Positions 58,027 to 64,000 of a stretch of 64,000 bases of DNA are shown here, in pieces; position 1 is the first letter of the stretch, and every line of letters begins with the position of its first letter. Origin of the DNA: Candidatus Sulfomarinibacteraceae bacterium (GTDB lineage Bacteria > Acidobacteriota > Thermoanaerobaculia > Thermoanaerobaculales > Sulfomarinibacteraceae); the NCBI GenBank assembly GCA_963796455.1, contig CAWCLO010000001.1, positions 1,152,001-1,216,000 on the forward strand. Direction: 5' to 3'. Both the position numbers and the translations under genes were made by a program. The notes under the pieces were generated by a model. That model was not told the origin of the DNA. It ran no database searches and worked only from the letters and a program-made list of their open reading frames with translations.

Positions 58027-59178
58027 ATGGTGAGGGATTCGGTGAGGCAGACATCAGCAAAACAGCATCTCGAAACTGATTTGGCACACGGCCAATCGGG
58101 GTTTCGAGGCGATTCAGACATCGGTATGGAGTGTCACGATGAACTTCTTGCCGGAGTTTCGAGGACCTTTGCGTTCACTATTCCTCAGCTTCCGGACGGG
58201 CTTCGCGAGTCGGTCACCAACGCCTATCTTCTGTGCCGGATAGCCGACACTATCGAAGACGATCCCGGACTCGATTCCAGCGACAAGGACGAGTTCCATC
58301 GCCTCTTCACGGAAGCGGTCGAGACCGGGCGCGGCGCGGAGGAGTTTGCCCAACGCCTGGCGCCAAAACTCGCTCCCACGACCCTTCCTGCCGAGGTCGA
58401 ACTGATCCGGGAGAGCCCCAGCGTCGTGCAGGTGACCCACACTCTCGACTCGCGCCAACAAAAGGCCCTGCAGACGTGTCTTTCTACTATGACCGCCGGA
58501 ATGGGCGATTTCGAACGGAACAGAAATCTTTCGGGGCTCGCAGATGTCGCCGAATTCGAACGCTACTGCTACTTCGTGGCCGGCGTGGTCGGCGAAATGC
58601 TGACCGAGCTCTTCTGCGACCACTCGCCACTTATCGAGGCCCAACGTGAAGAGCTCGAGTCCAGAGCCGTGAGCTTTGGGCTCGCGCTGCAGATGACGAA
58701 TATTCTCAAAGATATCTGGGCCGACTACGAAAACGGTGTCTGCTGGCTGCCCCGTGAGATCTTCGACCGAAACGGCTATGATCTCGATCAATTGGATCCT
58801 GACCACAACGGACGAGGCGATGCATTCGCATCCTCGATGCACGATCTCATCAGCATCGCCAACGGCCATCTTCGCCGGGCGCTGGAATACACCACCATCA
58901 TCCCAGTCAATGAGACCGGAATTCGGCGTTTCCTGATCTGGGCTACTCTGTTGGCGGCCTCGACACTGAGAAAGATTTCCGCCGAACCGCTGTTCACCGA
59001 CGGGAGCCAGGTCAAGGTATCGCGCCGCAAGGTCACGGCGATCGTCGCCGCCTCCAACGCGGTGATTCGCAGCAATTTCGGGCTCACCACACTCTTCAAC
59101 ACCGCCGCGCGGGGTCTGCCGCGTGACAGAGGCAACGGATCTTCGACCTCTCTCCGAAAGGAACCTACAAACCCTTGA
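58027..59178 (+). CDS. Squalene/phytoene synthase family protein, probably a single-enzyme squalene synthase (start uncertain: 58027, 58042 or 58126)
   Basis: VSRTFAFTI, YLLCRIADTIEDD, YCYFVAGVVG, FGLALQMTNILKD, CWLP. Confidence 0.88.
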   Translation: MVRDSVRQTSAKQHLETDLAHGQSGFRGDSDIGMECHDELLAGVSRTFAFTIPQLPDGLRESVTNAYLLCRIADTIEDDPGLDSSDKDEFHRLFTEAVETGRGAEEFAQRLAPKLAPTTLPAEVELIRESPSVVQVTHTLDSRQQKALQTCLSTMTAGMGDFERNRNLSGLADVAEFERYCYFVAGVVGEMLTELFCDHSPLIEAQREELESRAVSFGLALQMTNILKDIWADYENGVCWLPREIFDRNGYDLDQLDPDHNGRGDAFASSMHDLISIANGHLRRALEYTTIIPVNETGIRRFLIWATLLAASTLRKISAEPLFTDGSQVKVSRRKVTAIVAASNAVIRSNFGLTTLFNTAARGLPRDRGNGSSTSLRKEPTNP

Positions 59179-61412
59179 GCAACTCCTGCTTCCCTTCGTT
59201 TCACAAGCTTTCGGTCCAAGAACGGGTACGAACCGTTCGCGACCGGGGTCTCCTTTCGTCCCAGGAATACAAGGCTCTGGTCAACGGAGATACCGTCCTC
59301 GATATCAACAATGCCGACACCATGATCGAGAACGTGATCGGAGTCATGGGTCTGCCCATCGGCCTCGGTCTCAACTTTCTCATCAACGGCAAAGACTATG
59401 TGGTGCCCCTGGCGGTTGAAGAACCGTCGATCGTCGCAGCCCTCAGTTATGCGGCGAAGACCGCTCGATCGTCGGGCGGATTCACAACCTCGAGTTCGGA
59501 GCCCATCCTCATCGGCCAGATCCAGTTGGTTGATGTCCCGCATACCAGCAGGGCGCGACAGATTCTCGAACAGCGCAAAGAAGAAATCCTCAACCTCGCC
59601 AACGGTCTCCACCCAAGGATGGTGGCTCGAGGCGGTGGTGCGGTCGATCTCGAGGTGATTATCCACCCCGCCACCAGCGACTCGGTGGAGATGCTGGTGG
59701 TCCATCTCCTGGTCGACACCCGCGACGCGATGGGTGCGAATCTGGTCAATACCATGTGCGAGGGCGTGGCTTCCTTTGTCGAGAGCCTCACCGGCGGCAA
59801 GGTCTTCCTGCGCATCTTGTCCAATCTCGCCGATCGCTCCCTGGTTCGCGCATCAGTGAAGATTCCGGTGCAGAATCTCGGCAACAACGGCTTCGATGGC
59901 GACCAGGTGCGCGACGGCATCATGATCGCCAGCCAATTCGCCTCGGTCGACTCGTACCGCGCGGCGACTCACAACAAGGGCATCATGAATGGTGTCGACG
60001 CCGTTGCGTTGGCAACCGGAAACGATTGGCGGGCTGTCGAGGCCGGCGCCCACGCTTTTGCGGCGCGCGGCAGTCACTACACGTCGCTTTCGAGATGGAC
60101 CAAAGATGAAGACGGCGCGTTGCTGGGAGAAATCGAGCTCCCGATTCGGGTCGGCATCGTTGGCGGCCCCATGCAGTCGAACCCATCAGTCGCAATGAAT
60201 CTCCGACTGTCCAAGGTCCAGTCCTCACGCGAGCTCGCCGAGGTGATGGCAGCAGTCGGTCTGGCACAGAATTTCTCCGCGCTCCGAGCGCTTGTTACCG
60301 ACGGCATTCAACACGGGCACATGACCCTTCACGCGCGAAGCGTAGCCACCGCCGCCGGGGCCACCCCCGAGATATTTGACACCGTGGTCGAAAAACTCGT
60401 CGAGTCGGGCGAGATCAAGATATGGAAGGCCGAGGAGGTCATCGGTCAGGTCAGGACCCAGATGGGCCACGCCATGGCCAACGACGAGCGCGCCGAGATG
60501 GCCGCCGGTCACGGCAAGATCATCCTTTTTGGCGAACACGCGGTGGTCTATGGCAGCCGCGCCATCGCAGCTCCCGTGCCGTTGGCGGTGCGGGCTCGCA
60601 TCATCGATGACGACGACGGCGTGTGGTTGGTGATTCCCCGCTGGGGAGTCGAGCAACGGCTGCGTTCGGACCCGTCCAAACAATTGTCCTTCGAGGTCCC
60701 GGCCGCACTGATATTGCGCGAGCTCGGTCTGTCCGACCGCTCGATGAGGATCGAGGTCTATTCGGAGATTCCGCGTGCCATGGGTCTCGGCGGTTCGGCC
60801 GCGGTAGCGGTGGCGATCATCCGTGCAATGGATCGTCACTTCAATCTCGAGCTCACCGACGATCAGGTCAACGCCCTCGCATTCCAATGTGAGTGCGTCG
60901 CTCACGGGACACCTTCCGGCATCGACAATACCGTGGCGACCTATGGTCAGCCCTTGGTATACCGTAAGGGTGATCCGCCGCAGATCCACAGTTTGAATCT
61001 GACCAAACCGATCAACTTCGTCATCGGGCTCACCGGGGTCGAAGGTCTGACGGCCAAGATGGTGGCCCGGGTCCGCGAGGGCCGAGAGCGCAACCGCGAT
61101 GTCTACGACACCATGTTCAAGGGCATCGACGCCGTGACTCTGCAGGCTCTCGAAGCGCTCAAGAACAACGATCTCGAACGGCTCGGCGAGTTGATGAATG
61201 TCTGCCAGGGTCTTCTCAACGGACTCCAGGTCTCGAGCTGGGAACTCGAAGAGTTGATCCAGATCGCCCGCGAAAACGGAGCGCTCGGGGCCAAGCTGAC
61301 CGGCGGCGGCGGTGGCGGTTCGATGATCGCTTTGTGCCCCGACAATGCCGCACAGGTCATCGCCGCGATCCAGGACGCCGGCTACCAGGCGATGGAGGTC
61401 CGCATTGGCTGA
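59175..61412 (+). CDS. Class II HMG-CoA reductase fused to mevalonate kinase (GHMP family)
   Basis: HMGR: ENVIG, EEPSIVAA, DAMGAN, ATHNKGIMNG, GIQHGHM. MK: GKIILFGEHAVVYG, PRAMGLGGSAA, HGTPSGID, GAKLTGGGGGG. Confidence 0.92.
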   Translation: MSNSCFPSFHKLSVQERVRTVRDRGLLSSQEYKALVNGDTVLDINNADTMIENVIGVMGLPIGLGLNFLINGKDYVVPLAVEEPSIVAALSYAAKTARSSGGFTTSSSEPILIGQIQLVDVPHTSRARQILEQRKEEILNLANGLHPRMVARGGGAVDLEVIIHPATSDSVEMLVVHLLVDTRDAMGANLVNTMCEGVASFVESLTGGKVFLRILSNLADRSLVRASVKIPVQNLGNNGFDGDQVRDGIMIASQFASVDSYRAATHNKGIMNGVDAVALATGNDWRAVEAGAHAFAARGSHYTSLSRWTKDEDGALLGEIELPIRVGIVGGPMQSNPSVAMNLRLSKVQSSRELAEVMAAVGLAQNFSALRALVTDGIQHGHMTLHARSVATAAGATPEIFDTVVEKLVESGEIKIWKAEEVIGQVRTQMGHAMANDERAEMAAGHGKIILFGEHAVVYGSRAIAAPVPLAVRARIIDDDDGVWLVIPRWGVEQRLRSDPSKQLSFEVPAALILRELGLSDRSMRIEVYSEIPRAMGLGGSAAVAVAIIRAMDRHFNLELTDDQVNALAFQCECVAHGTPSGIDNTVATYGQPLVYRKGDPPQIHSLNLTKPINFVIGLTGVEGLTAKMVARVREGRERNRDVYDTMFKGIDAVTLQALEALKNNDLERLGELMNVCQGLLNGLQVSSWELEELIQIARENGALGAKLTGGGGGGSMIALCPDNAAQVIAAIQDAGYQAMEVRIG

Positions 61413-61980
61413 AGCGAAGCCTCCGACCAACGATGAAGTGGTCTCGAGCGAGAACGAGCCACTCATCCTGGTTGATGCGTCCGATCGCGAGATCGGCCAT
61501 CTCGACAAGGGCGCCTGCCACGACGGGCCCGGTGTGCTGCACCGGGCATTCTCCCTTTTCATCTTCAATTCATCGGGTCAGCTCCTCCTCCAACAACGAA
61601 GTGATGAGAAACGTCTGTGGCCTCTCTACTGGTCCAATTCGTGCTGCAGCCATCCGCGCCGGGGTGAGACCATGGAGGTCGCCACCGAACGGCGACTCGC
61701 CCAGGAGCTCGGGCTGAGCAGCCAACTGCATCACCTCTATACTTTTCAGTATCAGGCACCATATCTCGATCTCGGATCGGAGAACGAAGTGTGCCGGGTC
61801 TTTGTCGGCCGAAGCGACGAAGAACCACAACCCAATATGCACGAGGTTGCCGCCATCCGGTGGATAACTCCCGCCGATCTCGATTTGGAATTCGAAAGTC
61901 AACCGGAGGTCTTCACACCCTGGTTCACGATGGAATGGAGCCGGGTGCGAAGTGTGTTTCAGAAGAAACTGAATCTCTGA
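61405..61980 (+). CDS. idi: Isopentenyl-diphosphate delta-isomerase, type 1
   Basis: LHRAFSLFIF, LLQQR, WSNSCCSHP, ENEVC, FTPW; TTG 61405 with GGAGG. Confidence 0.94.
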   Translation: MAEAKPPTNDEVVSSENEPLILVDASDREIGHLDKGACHDGPGVLHRAFSLFIFNSSGQLLLQQRSDEKRLWPLYWSNSCCSHPRRGETMEVATERRLAQELGLSSQLHHLYTFQYQAPYLDLGSENEVCRVFVGRSDEEPQPNMHEVAAIRWITPADLDLEFESQPEVFTPWFTMEWSRVRSVFQKKLNL

Positions 61981-61989
61981 GGTGATCTG

Positions 61990-63094
61990 ATGGGAATTCC
62001 GCTGATTCAACAACTCCGCATCGGCGGTTATCTGATCAAGCAGCGCATCCTGCGTCGCGAGCGATATCCGCTCGCCATGATGTTGGAACCGCTTTTTCAG
62101 TGCAACCTTGCCTGCGCCGGATGCGGCAAGATCGACCACCCCGACGAGATCCTCAAAAAGAGGGTCAGCGTCGAAGACGCGCTCAAGGCGGTGGACGAGT
62201 GCGGCGCACCGGTGGTTTCGATCCCGGGCGGCGAACCCCTGATCCACGACCAGATGCCCGAGATCGTTCGTGGCATCGTGGCCCGCAAAAAGTTCGTCTA
62301 TCTCTGCACCAACGCCTTGCTGCTCAAGCGTAAAATCGACGACTACAAACCTTCGCCCTATCTGACATTCTCCGTCCACCTCGACGGCAATCGCGAACGG
62401 CACGACGCCTCGGTGTGCCAGGAAGGGGTCTACGATCGGGCGGTCGAAGCCATCAAACTGGCGCTCGAGCCGAGGTTTCCGGGTCACTATCAACTGCACT
62501 CTGTTCACCGGAGAAGACCCCGACGAGGTGGCCGAGTTCTTTGACGATGTGATGGAGATGGGCGTCGAAGGCATCACCATATCCCCCGGCTACAGCTACA
62601 GCAGAGCTCCGCGGCAAGATGTCTTCATGAATCGCCGCGAAAGCAAGCAACTTTTCCGGGAGATCTTCAGACGGGGCAAGGAACGCAAGAAACCGTGGCG
62701 TTTCAATCAGTCGTCCCTCTTTGTCGACTTCCTGGCGGGAAACCAGGACTACCAGTGCACGCCGTGGTCCAACCCGACCTACAGCGTCTTCGGTTGGCAG
62801 AAACCGTGTTACCTGCTGGTCGACGAAGGATATGCCGAGACCTACCAGGAAATGATGGATGAGACACCCTGGGATCATTACGGCGCCGGTCGAAACCCCA
62901 AGTGCGACAACTGCATGGCCCATTGCGGCTATGAGGGCACGGCCGTGGCCGACACCTTCTCCCACCCGCTCAAGGCCCTGAAGGTGGCGCTCAAGGGACC
63001 CGACACCGAGAAACCGATGGTTCCCGAACCGCCCCTCGAGTATCTCGACGACCACCGCGAGGCGAGAAAGCTGCCGGTCAAACAGGCCGGCTGA
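61990..63094 (+). pseudogene. hpnH: Hopanoid radical SAM enzyme HpnH interrupted by a +1 frameshift near 62470 (pseudogene or sequence error)
   Basis: MLEPLFQCNLACAGCGKI, GGEPL in the first frame; RGFRVTINCTLF, SPGYSY, CTPW, GWQKPCYL, CDNCMAHCGYE in the +1 frame. Confidence 0.85.
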
Positions 63095-63104
63095 TCGCAA
63101 AAAA

Positions 63105-64000
63105 GTGGCCACGTTCTGGTTGGCGGCCTGCGTCCCGGGCGCGATTCTCTGGCTGATCATCCTGCTGTTGCCGTGGCGGCCGTGGTCGACCCGTGAAAGA
63201 CTCGAAGGGTCGGAGAACGCTCCCGCTCCCGAGACGGCTCATCTCACGATCCTGATCCCCGCCCGCAACGAGAGTGGTCAAATCAGCCGGACCCTGGCGG
63301 CCATCCGAGCCCAGACCCCGGATGTGCGCGTCATTCTGGTGGACGACCGTTCTTCGGACGGTACTGTCGACGCTGCCCGAACAGCGGGGCTGGCCAATCT
63401 GCGTATCGTCGCGGGTCAGCCGATCGAGTCAGGCTGGACCGGCAAGCTGTGGGCGCTCGACCAGGGACTGGCCCTGGTGGAAACCGAGCTCACCCTGTTG
63501 CTCGACGCCGATATCGAGCTCGGCCCGGGGATCATTGCCGCCCTCCTCGAACACCATCGGGAGAAGAAACTGAAAATGGTGTCGCTGATGGCAACTCTCG
63601 AGACAGGCGGATTCTGGGAGAAGCTCCTGCTGCCGGCCTTTGTCTATTTCTTCAAACTGCTCTACCCCTTTCACCTCTCCAATTCTTCATTCCGATGGGT
63701 CGCTGCCGGGGCCGGCGGGTGCGTGCTCGTCGAGACCGCGGTCCTGCGCGAGATCGGGGCCTTTGCCTGTATCAAGGATGAGCTGATCGACGATTGCGCG
63801 CTGGCGGCAAACGTCAAGAATGCGGGACACAAGATCTGGATCGGGCTCAGCCACTCGGTGACCAGCCACCGCCACTACCGCGGCCTGCACACGATCTGGA
63901 ACATGGTGGCGCGCACCGCCTTCACCCAGCTCCACTACTCGACACTCCTTCTGATCATTTGCGTGCTCATTTTGTCGTGGGCGTTCTGGCTGCCCATTGC
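63105..64000 (+). CDS. hpnB: Hopanoid-associated GT2 glycosyltransferase, runs off the right edge
   Basis: My translation: LIPARNES, VDDRSSDGT, GWTGKLWA, DADI, PAFVYFFKLLYPF, AGGCVL, LIDDCALA, WNMVARTAFTQL. Confidence 0.85.
   Translation, partial: MATFWLAACVPGAILWLIILLLPWRPWSTRERLEGSENAPAPETAHLTILIPARNESGQISRTLAAIRAQTPDVRVILVDDRSSDGTVDAARTAGLANLRIVAGQPIESGWTGKLWALDQGLALVETELTLLLDADIELGPGIIAALLEHHREKKLKMVSLMATLETGGFWEKLLLPAFVYFFKLLYPFHLSNSSFRWVAAGAGGCVLVETAVLREIGAFACIKDELIDDCALAANVKNAGHKIWIGLSHSVTSHRHYRGLHTIWNMVARTAFTQLHYSTLLLIICVLILSWAFWLPI

Noticed and set aside
57700..58030. FNR/CRP or sigma54 site upstream of the isoprenoid operon
   Set aside because: Only partial matches (TTTGTGAAGATCAAA; TGGCAC without a spaced TTGC), too weak to call
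1..64000. tRNA/rRNA genes, transposases, prophage or defence systems
   Set aside because: No cloverleaf or T-loop signatures, rRNA-like tracts or matching ORF motifs recognised by eye

Overview
A GC-rich (roughly 60% by eye), gene-dense bacterial chromosomal window. Gene content and style suggest a marine or sediment Acidobacteriota-like organism (inference only). No rRNA, tRNA, CRISPR array, transposase or prophage is visible. Housekeeping and energy genes include mtnA, arfB, the phoH-7TM/HD-ybeY-hlyC-era operon, a PduO-type adenosyltransferase, an ECF sigma/anti-sigma/PDZ module, pilT, mgtE, an HK-REC-EAL module, yicC, pepA, dusB, a complete nqrABCDEF-apbE-nqrM operon, GTP-PEPCK, mtaB, mutS, nagZ, queC, BlaI plus M56 peptidase and hutU. 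The right end starts an isoprenoid/hopanoid operon: squalene synthase, an HMG-CoA reductase-mevalonate kinase fusion, idi, a frameshifted hpnH and hpnB. Highlights: (1) a hidden selenoprotein (helical-repeat putative lipoprotein plus TlpA-like domain, U-G-G-C motif, SECIS-like hairpin) that the ORF track splits in two; (2) about 15 intergenic loci built from nested, shuffled modules (6-9 bp tandem arrays in inverted arms, CAGCG arms with a conserved 16-bp boundary, a 53-bp REPIN, a 120-bp GTCATCCTGAGCG hairpin and shared unique linkers), with no mobilising gene in view; (3) the HMGR-MK fusion; (4) at least seven apparently leaderless genes; (5) a 1-nt frameshift in hpnH.
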